Positions 35,408 through 46,504 of a DNA stretch of 64,000 bases are shown piece by piece (the first letter of the stretch is position 1; every line of letters starts with the position of its first letter). Where the stretch lies: NCBI GenBank assembly GCA_905178155.1, contig CAJINV010000004.1, positions 8,640,882 through 8,704,881 on the forward strand, given 5' to 3'. A model generated the notes under the pieces. The model had not been told where the DNA came from. It ran no database searches and saw nothing but the letters and a program-made list of their open reading frames with translations. The translations under genes and the position numbers were made by a program. The stretch comes from Amoebophrya sp. A120. Its lineage: Eukaryota; Protista; Dinoflagellata.

Positions 35408-38400
35408 CTACCGTGCAGTGCTACCGTGCAGTTCGTCCGCCAGTGCGTCCTGGTTCTCTCCCGCCTCATCCTTCAACGAGGCCAGCCTTTGCTCCAACCG
35501 AACTCGCTGCCTACGCCAGGTCTGCCGGTCCGCCACCGGCGCCCGGTCGTCGACGAAAAGCTTCCGCCTATAATCAAGGAAAAAACCTGCTGTGTTGGTC
35601 GTGTAACTTTCGTGGGCGAGGAGGAGCATCACAAAGTTCTTCCTCCGCATGATGTTGACAGAGAAATAAATTGGTCATACGCGGCTACCAGCACGTGAAA
35701 TCACGCTTGAGAACAAGAGGCCCTGATGTACTTTTTTATCGGGCATGACAAAAGTATTAACTGTGTTCCATGTTCTGCATATTATTAATACAGGATTTAC
35801 AGTTACTTAGAGGCTGTGCAACAATTGGACCCCCTTTCGCCAAGGCGAAAGGGGGGGGGTAGGTTGGTCCAATTCCGGAGGACGGAAGCTGGCACCCCGA
35901 CGCAAGGGTGAAAGGCGCTCCCGACGGTCTCGCCTCACAACAGACAGTCGAACGCCCGGCGGCTCTTCTTCGTGCTGCGCCTTCGCAAGGGGCGGCTAGT
36001 TGTTGGTTGGTTGGCAGTAGGCGCACAGGCGTACTACGCAACGAGGCCGAAGCCAAACGCATGCCATCTATGGCCGCGCTCCGAACCCGGCGCGCCGTAA
36101 CATGTGGGTGCGCGCAGGACCAGGAGGGCGCGCGCCCGCGCTGTTTTTTTTTCGCATTCCGAGCAGGAAGAGGAAGTTGCATCGGGCCGATTGCGGACGC
36201 CCCATGTGTTGGCCCCGGGCTCCACGTGCTGCTCGGGGGTGCTTGACAAGTCGGCGGGCGCACGGAGTGCGCCCGAAGTTTTTTTTTGCCCCTTGTTGTG
36301 AGGCGCTGGCGGAGGGGAGGGAGGCATGCGCGCGCTGTCAGGGCCGGCGACTACAGATGTAGGCATGCTGCAGCGCGATGCAAATGTAAGTAGCCGCACC
36401 GGGCGCGCGCAGCGCGCCCCGCAAAATTTGCTACATTACGCGCGCGCAGGAACCACAAACAAAAGGAACATAGCAGGGGGCGCGCGCAGCGCGATTTTTT
36501 TTTCAGTTCCGGCAGCACGAGGACGAGCACAGGACGCAACCCGAGGCCCGCTCGCAGCGGGCACGCGCCCCGCAATGTTTTTTTTACTGCGCACGGCTCC
36601 CGGCGAAAGGGGGGGGGAGGGGGGAGGTTGGTCTCCAGCGGGCCGCTACCCCCCCTTTCGCCATGGCGAAAGGGGGCCCAATTGTTGCACAGCCTCTTAC
36701 ACAGTTTTTTTTTCTTGGATACCGCCCCTGGGCCGGCGCCGCCGACTGAGGATTCATAAGCTCCGCACACTTCAAGACGAAGGCGGGGAGCCCCGAGGAT
36801 CCGCTCCCGTCCTTCGTGCCGCACTGCTTCTCAAAGACCACCTTCGCGGCCTCCAGTCCGGGCGCCCGCTGGTTGCTGTTGCCAAGCACCAACTTCAGCA
36901 GTTGTCCGTTCCTGCTCTCGATCACTTGCACACGCTTCCTCAGCGGGCTTTCGGCCGGCGTCCACTTCAGCATGGCCCAGTCGCGGAAATCCGGCTGCAA
37001 GCGGATCAAGACCCAACAGGGAGTCAAGGGGTCCAAAAGCCTGGAGAGCGTTCGCTGCAGCAAATTGCGGTTGTTGTCTCTGGGTCGCTTCTGGTCGGGT
37101 TTCACTTCGTATGGAATTTCATTTTTTGCGCAACGACTTTCTTATAGTAAAGTACCCCGGCATTTTAATTTGCATCCCCAATAAAACCTTTGAAAGGCAG
37201 GAGACAGAGCCGTAGCAAGAAAAGCGATTTTCCGCACCTGCCGCATGAGAAACCTTTCCTTACAGATTGCAAGGGCGCAGCATGAACGACTGACTGGCGT
37301 TATCGGAAATAGAAAGTTTGCATGGAGTTTTGACGAACAAGGGGTCGTAAAGATGAAGGCGTATTGTGCACGATTTAAATTCTCATAGGTTTCCCTCATG
37401 CAGCAGAAAGCGCCGGATGTCGACCACGGGCCCCAAGCCGATCTGCGGCAACAGCTTGCCCAAACCGTAGAGCGGGCGTGTTTGGTCAGGGAACTCTGCT
37501 CTGGCTTGCTCCGCCGGGCTGGGTGGCGGCTGATTTCCTGTAGTCGCGGGTGGTCTTGCAGCAGATTCTACAGCAGATGAGTTGTCGTGCTGGTCCTGAC
37601 TTATTTTCCCGCCACGTCCTGTGCTGGATGAAACCAAGACTACAATCACCGCGTCGTCCTGCTCCAAAATGTCTTCCAGATGCTGTCGGACCGGCAATTC
37701 TGCTGTCGGACCAGCAATTACAGTGCCCGCTGGCGCCGGCTGTGGACTAAAAACACAACAAGCAGGACCAGGAGGCGATTTTTCAGGATCATCTGTAACA
37801 GCCACTTCCTCTTGCGCTGGTTTCCTCTTCGCAGTATTTTTAGCCGCAAGAGTGATTCTTCTCGCCTGTGGGTTTGCAAACGGCACCTTCTTCAAGACAG
37901 CGGGCATCTGCTCACTATTTTCTGGTGGTTGTACTGGAGTCACAGCCTGATGTCCTGCCATCTCCACGTCGCTGTCTACGCTCAGCTGCTTCGAAGGGTC
38001 GTTGTGGGCCAGCAACTCCAAATCTTCCCTCTGACCAGCACGGCCGGGAGGGTCCTCGGGTGCCGCGAAGTTGTCGCGGCTCTTTCTTGCAGCTGATATT
38101 TTTGCCATGATTTGTTGACCGGAAATGAAAGCGGCTGCAGTTTTATTTTCAACAGCGTTAATACCTTGAAATCCATCATCTTCGGCCCCCGCCACGTCGA
38201 CCAGCATCTCTACGTCGTTGATAATGCCAATCGGTCTCGATTCTGGAACAAATTTTTCTGCCTGGGAGAACTCCGCCGCCGCCGTCGCGTCCGCGGCCCG
38301 TGCGGAGGTCACGACCATGGGTACTAAAAGCCTTCCGCCGTTAGTGTCCAATTTGTCGCTCAGCTCGTACTGAGTCCCCGCCCCGCTAGCCGTAAGAACC

Positions 38401-40820
38401 CCCTCAGTGCGCCGGACCTGCAGCTCTACTCCTGAGTCGTGGATTTTTTTCCCCAATTCGTTTTGCGCAAAGAACGACGCAGAGGCCAGCTCCGCTTCCT
38501 CGCGTCTGCGCTTTAATAACTCGAAGCTGCTGTTTACTTCTCCCACCAGCTGCGTGGAAGGATGCGCTGAAAATGATGTGCGGGTTTTATTTTCCTGCTG
38601 GCGAAAACTTCTAGTATTTTCCTCGTTTTCGAAGTTCTCATTTCCGCTTGTCCTTTCCTGCGCGACCACTTCTTCTCGCAAACCCGCAGCCGGTAGCTCG
38701 CTCAACACACTGTTGGGTCCTCGGCCTGCTACGGTAGAACGAATTTTTGTTCCAGCAGCAACATTTGAGGTGGTCGGTCGGGAGGGAGAACTTTCCTCCA
38801 AAAGAGCTGCGGAAGTAGCTGTTGAGCCCAAATCGTGTGCCAAATAATTATAGCCGTCTTCCATTTTGTTCCTCGGAGTTTCTGATTTGTCCATTTCAGC
38901 AGAAGTAGTTCTCGTGGCTGCTTGATGTGCAACCAGCACTTTCTCCGTACAAAAGTTCATGACTTCGCTCTTTTTTTCTCCTGGGAGGAGAATAGATCCC
39001 TTCGACGCTCCTATTTCTGGCGCTGCTGACCGCACGCTGCTACCCCCCTCCTCCTTGTCGCCGCAACGGACCTCTTTCGAAAATTCCTCTTCCGCTCCCG
39101 CCGCAACACGAGCATAATTAGCAGCGGCTTCAAGCACCGGCTCCTCCGCGCGTCCCGCGTCTGGTCCTCCTCTCACGCCGGGTAGAAGATGTTGCGGCTT
39201 GTTCATCTTCGGTGGACTGTTTTTAGAACAAGAACCCAATACCTTTGGCGCCGCCAGGAAATCCCCAAATGCCCCGAGGAGCGACTTCTCCGGCGGCGAC
39301 GAGAGTACTTCTAGAGGCGCTGTGGATATTAAACCTTGTCGCTCAACAACATCTTCAGAGCTGGTCGTCGTGTGAAGGGGCTTCATTGTTCTAAACCGCG
39401 CGGAGGTGGACACCTCTACCGCTTTCGCCGCCTTGCCGTCGAGGCTCTCGGGTTCCAGTTTGCTGGCCGAGGTCGAGGGGGTGGTCGTGAGCGGTAGAAG
39501 AGGTCGAAAGGTGGCTTTTTTCGTAGAAGAGGCGCTGGTGGTGTTCTTGATTTCCTCACTGCGCTCTTTGATGTTCAAACGCACATCAAACCTGATTGGC
39601 TCTTCTTCCTCTTCTTGTTTCTTACTGGCAAAATGCAGTAAAAAGCGCCGGTCATGATGATCCGTGTTGCGGTCCTTTTGCTGCTCGTCCCTCGGACTAA
39701 TGGTGTTAGCTTTCTTTTTTTTCCGCGCCGGGTTGAAAAATCCCAAGCCGATTTGCACTTTCGAGTTGGAACATCCCAAGTGCTCGTCGTGGTCCTGTTC
39801 ACGAATAGAAGGAACTTCGTCACGAAGAAGTTCTTGATGATGTCGTCGAGCACTACGATGTGCTGAGCTTGTGCCTATATTCAACAAATTGTTGTCAACC
39901 ACTAGTACCTCACTATCCCGATAGTGATCTTGCTTATTTTCCCCATTACGACCCGCCGTGGTCGTTGCAAGAACTTCGTCGCACGTCGAAACCGCAACAT
40001 CGTTGCCGAGTCCTACTTGTTGTTGCCCCTCGTTGAATGTTGCAGTAGCTCCCACCATTTTGTATTTGTATTTGTCGCCGCCTGCGGGTGCGGGGGCTTC
40101 TTGCGCGGGAATAGTGAACCCACCTGTCGTCTCGGTCCGGCTCGTCTCCAGCGGCAGAGCCACCCGCTCCGAGGGACAAGGCATCACCTTGTTCACGCGG
40201 TAGTCTTCACCGCGATTGGTCGACGTCGCTTCATTTCCTTTGGAAATTTTGGCTTCACTTGATAGCGCGGCTCCTGTAGGAGTACAAACCGACTCGCATA
40301 ATTGTGGGAGAATTTTCATCTCCACGTCGCCCGTAGAAGTGCCAGCCGCTTTCGACTGGTTGTTGAGATCGGTAGGAGCACTGGTGACCTTATCCATTTC
40401 GCCGACATGCCTGACGTCCTTCTCGAACTGCAACACCACGTTTTTATCCGATGCAGCAACTGTTCCTGTCTCCACTTCGATTTCCATTTTTTCCTTCCCA
40501 TTGCCGGTCGTGGGAAAGAAGACCTGGGCAGCACCTTCCTTCGGCGCGGCGGTGCTTGTGTAGTCAATCTCGGAAATGGTTTGCGTCTTGTTCCCTTGTC
40601 GTTGTAGTGCTCCTCTACCAAGAACGGCGCTCGCCCCATGGACGGACGGTGTTTGCCCCGTCGAAGTCTCTTCCTTCGTTGTTTCCCCCATGCTGTCTTC
40701 GGAGAATTCTCCCGGTAGTTTCTTGCCCGCTTCTTGTTGTTGTGCCACAACGGTGGGAGGAAACATTTTCATGTCGTTTACGTGAAGTTCATTTTCAGGT
40801 GCTCGAAACATATTGCACAC
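35408..40820 (-). CDS. Large hypothetical low-complexity protein (~1350 aa)
   Basis: 1145-aa ORF joins ORFs 36584-37105 and 35408-35650 in frame across elements 37110 and 35569. Confidence 0.65.
35569..36721. mobile_element. Introner carrying a nested MITE
   Basis: TAT...ATA ends, TSD CCGCC, in-frame removal (AQGR|KLFV). Confidence 0.8.
35810..36696. mobile_element. Non-autonomous DNA transposon (MITE), PIF/Harbinger-like
   Basis: ~52-bp TIR GAGGCTGTGCAACAATTGG.CCCCCTTTCGCCA.GGCGAAAGGGGGGG; 3-bp TSD TTA. Confidence 0.85.
37110..37387. mobile_element. Aged introner (TSD lost)
   Basis: TATGGAATTT...AAATTCTCATA ends; removing element + 5 nt joins the ORFs in frame. Confidence 0.55.
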
Positions 40821-41518
40821 ACGACCTCAGATAGGATACAACATATTAATCGCATCAAAGAGGAGTTGAAAAAAAAACTTGTTGTCAAATAAAATCTGCG
40901 ACCTCGCCGCGCTTACTAGACTTCACGGCAATAGAGGCAGACGAAACTTCTTTTTATTTTGTCCATAGGTCATTGTCGCGACGGATATCGCTAACGCAAA
41001 CGCTATGGAAAAACTCCTTGTCGAAAAACAAAAATAAAACAAATTTGAAGCTCTATGCCGCAAAATTATCTACTAAAACAGTTCCCATCGATCGAAAAAC
41101 CACCAGCGTCCGGCCTTCTTCAGTAGAGACACAAGGCCTCTAGATCTACTTCCGGAGCTTATTAAGAAACTGCGCAGTGTCTACTGCGTGGTCACAGCTA
41201 ATACCCATCATCAAACATCAGCACCATGATAGATCGTCCGCCGAACAGTAGCACGAAGGACCGCCGAACTAGGAGCACGACCACAGTACTATCCAAATTT
41301 TCTTCCAACAAAGAAAAACTTCATCATCCAACACCACTCGGATACGCAGCAGAACTTGAGGACAGCTGCTTTGTCCAAAGTGACTGAATCAGACACAGAA
41401 GCAGTAGAACAGCGCTGTTTGTCTCTTTTTCAACACCTTCGTCGAGAGGCGTAGGTCGGATACGGGTTTGCTCAAGGTCGAGTTCCTTCAAGGTAAGAAA
41501 ATTACCTTGCGTTCTCCG

Positions 41519-44500
41519 CTACACAAAAGATGAAACCTCGAACCGCAGATTCGGGTCCGGAATGAAGAATCTGTCATCGGCTAACGTTTCGCAGCTGCTT
41601 CTGCGGTTTATTTTTTGAGAAGATGAATCTTTAACTTTATCTTGTTCAGTAGAAGTAACCACACTAATTCCATCTGTTTTGGTACCACGACGAGGACCGC
41701 CAGAAGTAGTACTATTCAGCTTTTTCCGCGCAGCCAAAATCTTCTGTTTCAATACGTTTCCGAACTCTTTATCCTCTTTTTCCCACTCTTTCACAACCGC
41801 GTCGGCGTTCATCGAGGAGTAGAATAAGGGGTGCTGGTGGGGTATCAAATGTAAAAATGTCTGGGTCTGGAAGAATGCAACTTGTCATGCTGGTTTTGGA
41901 TTGTAAAAAAATCTGTATTGCGTGAGCAGCAAAGAGAGTCCAAGTTTTGCTACACGGAAAGAGCCTTTGTCATGCGGTATAGGCATCAGGAAGCCCTCAC
42001 AAAATCTGTGATGCTAGGGCATGCATCACAGACATCAGGAGTCATGCAAAATGTGCATGACAAGTCTAGCAAAGTTCCAGACCCAGACATATTCGCATTT
42101 GATATGGGGGTAATTGTGATCCGAATTATTTTCATCCGACAGGTACGCCGCCTTGTAGTACTGCTGAATCTTCTTCTGTTCTTCCGCACTGTCGCTTGTG
42201 GCGTCGTGGTGAGATGAAGATCCTACTGCAGTAAAACTCTTCTTGTGCTGGTCTAGTAGCTGGTCTAGTACTACTACTTTTCCATGGGGCTGGTGTTCTT
42301 GCGAGACGTCTGAATATGAAGACCCAGCAGCCAGCCAATACCTTTGGTAGCCGCCCGTCCGGTCCCATTTTTTCGCGAAGCCCGCGGGGTGGTAGACCCG
42401 GTTGAAGCTGTAAAACAGAAACGAGCAGGACAGCCACTGCCACTGGCTGCAGTTAATCGCCCAGTCGTAGTCCAGGAGAAAGGAGTGGAACAGATCGCGC
42501 CCGAGTTCCCAGTGCAGGTGCATAGTTCCGGACCCCCTCGTCCAGTAGCAAGCCAGCATGTGCCGCATGATGTGGTGGATCCAACCGGTGTGCATGGATT
42601 GCAAATATGTCTGGGTCGGGAAGGTTGCAACTTGCCATGCTAATTCTGGATCATGCAAAAATCTGTGTTGCATGAGTGCGAAAAGCTGTCCACTTTTGAC
42701 CTAACCGAGATGCAGTTTCTCATGCAGGATAGGCATGATAGAACTCTCACAGAATCTGTCATGCTATGTCATACATGACAGACCTCATGGGTCATGGAGA
42801 ATCTGCATGACAAGTCTGGCACTCTTCCAGACCCAGACATTTTTACATTTGATAGTGTGGCGCAGTTGCTGAAAGCCCGCGAGAACGGCTTTCGGGTGGA
42901 GGGGATCAACTGCATTGGAGGCTTGCTGGATTCTCCTTTTCTCATTCTCGTCCTGGTCCATTTTTGTCGTCCCAGTCGTCGTCCGGGGCACCACCGCAAA
43001 CAGGGAGAGAATTTTTGCTTCCGTGGAAAGAATTGATGCTCCACTACTGGTGGTCCCTCTGCCTTTGTAAGTTCCACCACGCGAAGCGTTCTGCATGATC
43101 TCACCCGCCCCAGCAGCATCTTCTTCTTCATCGTCGAAGTTATTCCATTTACTATACTGCAAGCAAAACGGGTTCTGCTCCATCGTCTCAAATGCTTTAC
43201 CCAGAACAAACCCGAGAAAGTGCGCAAACTCCCGCCAGAAGAGCTGGCCGAGCAGGCATTGCTGGGTTGGCGGACAATTTGGATCCTTGGCATTGGTGGT
43301 CTTCTGCGGCTCCGTGGTGTAGAGGTAGCAAGCGACCATCTTCACCGACAAAAACCCGTTCGCGAAGTACGGCGACAGCCCGGTCGTCGCGATGTTCGGC
43401 GGCAGGGCCATCGGGTTGGTCTTCGGCTTTTCAAAGTCTCTGACAAACTTAGGCTGCTCGAGAATGACCTTCTTGAACCGCGCCAACGCCGCACGCTCGC
43501 CGCCGCGGAAGGTATAATTGTGGTGGGGGTGGGTCGTGGTGGCAGCTGGTGCGTCGGGTTTCGTATTATTGCCTGGTGCACCAAGTAGTAGATCCTGTGC
43601 TGATGTCCCCGCTTGTCTAGGTCTTTGTGTCTTCTCCTGTTCGACGTCTCCGCGACCCGCTGGACGCTTTTCATAATTTTCGTGTTCTTCGTGAACGATA
43701 GTAATCACCCGGATTGCGAAAGTTTTCACTTCCCCATTCCGGTACGCGACGGTCAGCCGTACCGTGGGGAGGTTGTTGCGTAGTTTTTGCGGCACGATGG
43801 CGGGAGAAATAAACATGTTCTTTTCCTCTTCGCCAACAGCTGCCTGAGGTTGATTGCCCGTTCCCTGGTGCGCTTCTGCCACCGCCGCCGCCGGCGGTCG
43901 AGGTTGCGGCGAGAACAGCCGCTTCTCTGGCTGCCCAGGCTCCCGCGGCGGGACAGCTGCGGACTCTTCTGCCTTCTCCTTCTTGCGCCACCTGCTGGCC
44001 TTAGGCTTGGTTCCGCCATTTTTTCCGGTCCCGATAGAACCTGTTTCCGCGGGTTGCTCATCTTGCGTAAAAACAGCACCTTCCTCGAGCCCCTGCGTGT
44101 GTGCATTTCCTGCTGTACTGGCACTAGTAGAAGTTCTCGCCCAACTCGTCAACTCACTTGTCAACTCGGTCACCGTTCCCACGTCCGCCCCACAGTGTTT
44201 TCCCCAGTTTCGGTGGAGAAACCGTGCGAACGGTGTAAAGGACACCGGGATGCTGGCTAGCTGCAATTTGGGAGATTTGTCGGACGCTGTGCTAGAATGA
44301 GTAGTACCTCCGTCGTCAAAGACAGCGACGTCGTGCGTGAACCTGCCAAAGTCCGCGATCAAGTTGTGGCAGCCGGGGATGGGATGGATAGCATTAGCAC
44401 CTGCTTCCTTCGTGAACAGTAAGCCACAGTTTTTCACAACGTAATTCTCTTCGTCAACGGAATGCGCATCGTAAAGCCGGTCGAAGTACAAATGAGTCGT

Positions 44501-45974
44501 AGGAGTTTTGCTTGTTGTTCCAGTCGTACCACTGGAGGTCGTCGCAGGATCATTTATTTTCCCCGGCACGATGGCCCCGATGACCTCCGTCGATAGTACT
44601 AGTAGCCTCAAACATTCCGCCGCCAGCTTTCCCGACGCCTCCGCGACGGCGGCATGCAGCTCCCCGCTGTCCGGCTGCGGGCGGAAAGCGCTCTTGAGAC
44701 GAATCGCGATATTCAGAGGAGGGGCGCAGGAGGTGCTAGTTCCTGCAGAAGTTGTACCGGCAATGCAATCGTCTTTATTCCCCTTTTCATCTTCTTGTTC
44801 TTCCACCACTTGATACGAGTATCGTGAAACAATAAAAGAAGAGTTTCCATTCGCTCCGCCGTGGTTTTTCCTCCTGCGCTGCTGCAAGGCGGCTTGCAAT
44901 TCTTTGTGGAATTCCGTCACCCCCTCCTCCACGAACTGGCGCCGCAACTGGGAAATGTCTTTCGTATCCCGTGTAAAAACGTACCCACACCAGAGGCAAG
45001 ATGCGAAATCTGCTATACAAATCCACCAGCTTTCGTTGTTTCGCATGACAAGTTTTTCTTCGTAGTGTAATCCTCTTTCGCTAGTTCAGAAGCATCACAG
45101 ATCCAGCATATAATGCTGATTCTAGCATCAAAAATTCCCAAATACGAATAGAAAACGCTTCGCATGGGGCTCCGCATAAAAAACGTTTTTGGCATGCAGA
45201 TTTGCATGACAACTCTGGTGTGGGGACGCTTTTATTCCGGATATTTCGCCCGGAACACTTTGTCGGCGAGCTGGTACTCCAATTCGTGCGTGTTATCAAA
45301 TGCAAATACGTCTGGGTCTGGAAAGTTGGAACTTGTAATGCTAGCTTTACATTCCTGGGAAATCTGTCTTGCAAGTAACCGACCAAAGCCGCAGCCCTTT
45401 TTGTCATGCAAGAACGCAGTTTCTCCTGCGGACTGCCTATGAGAAAGCGCTCCGGAAAGTTGTCATGCTGGGCTGCTGCATTTGGAAGCCTTTCCATCAT
45501 GCATATTTTAGCATCACAAGTTTTTAGACCCAGACATATTTGCATTTGACACGTGTCGAAGGAAAGGAAATGTGTTGTTTCTCGACTGGGATCGTCATCT
45601 TCTCCTCCACCACGGTTTTGTGTCTTCGCGAAACACCGATCCAGCAGGGGGTTGTCGATTTGGCGGTACGCTCGTATCAAATGTAAAAATGTCTGGGTCT
45701 GGAAACTTGTGATGCTGGGTGGCGTATCATGAGGAAGGCATAAGTGCTGGCTCAGCATGACAAGTTTCTCAGCTTCTAGGTGTTGCCTATTCTGCATGAC
45801 AGACTGCGTTTTTGCATGACAGGAAAGTGGGGTTCTTGGGTAACCTGCATGACAGATGTAAGAGTCATGCCAGAGAAGCATGACAAATCGCGCATTCTTC
45901 CAGACCCAGACATTTTTACAGTTGATAGCTCGGCGAATCCAACATATTTTTCTTTGCGTGTTTTCATTCATCAT
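41519..45974 (-). CDS. (6-4) photolyase / cryptochrome family protein, 5 introners
   Basis: WIRRAYRQIDNPLL, GGERAALARF, FEKPKT, TTGLSPYF, LLGQLFWREF, QLRHTGWIHHIMRH, LLDYDWAIN..QWQWLSCS. Confidence 0.9.
41843..42104. mobile_element. Introner family A (262 bp)
   Basis: TSD TGGGG. Confidence 0.92.
42593..42854. mobile_element. Introner family A (262 bp, left end CAT)
   Basis: TSD GTGTG; removal restores QLRHT|GWIHH. Confidence 0.92.
44965..45243. mobile_element. Introner family B (279 bp)
   Basis: TSD TTTCG. Confidence 0.92.
45294..45551. mobile_element. Introner family A (right end ACA)
   Basis: TSD CGTGT. Confidence 0.88.
45675..45927. mobile_element. Introner family A
   Basis: TSD GCTCG; removal restores WIRRA|YRQIDNP. 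Confidence 0.92.
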
Positions 45975-46504
45975 TCCACCGAGCAGGAGCAGAAATTATT
46001 TTCAAATAAAAAGCAAAGAGCAGAGAAGATCAGCGTAAAAGACAAATTGGAAACTGGGTAAATCATCAAATGGGATGAAAAACACAAAAAGGTGAACTTT
46101 ATTCATGGCGGTTTGAGGTCCTGTGTAGTTTTGGTAGTTGCGACGGTATCTAGCTGTACAAAAGAGATCATTCTACTTATACCGTGTCGCGTCAAGACAA
46201 CGGAGAACGCTTCTATGCAGCCTGGTCATTGTGTCATCGGCCACTTTTACCTTTTACCAAGCCGCCACGATTATTGATTGCCGTTTTAGAAGCACTGCAC
46301 AAGATGCAGATTCGCCCAAGGATTAATATACATCGCCTCTTCTTATTTGTATGTGAAAACTTACGATGAGCATGCGCATCAAAAGTCCTCCTGTACTTCT
46401 TCGTCATATGCGAAAAGAAAGATCACCCACGAATCGAGGCTGACAATAAAGCAAAAAACCGACTTCTGTTGTACAGTATCAAAAACAGATATCAACTATG
46501 TCGA

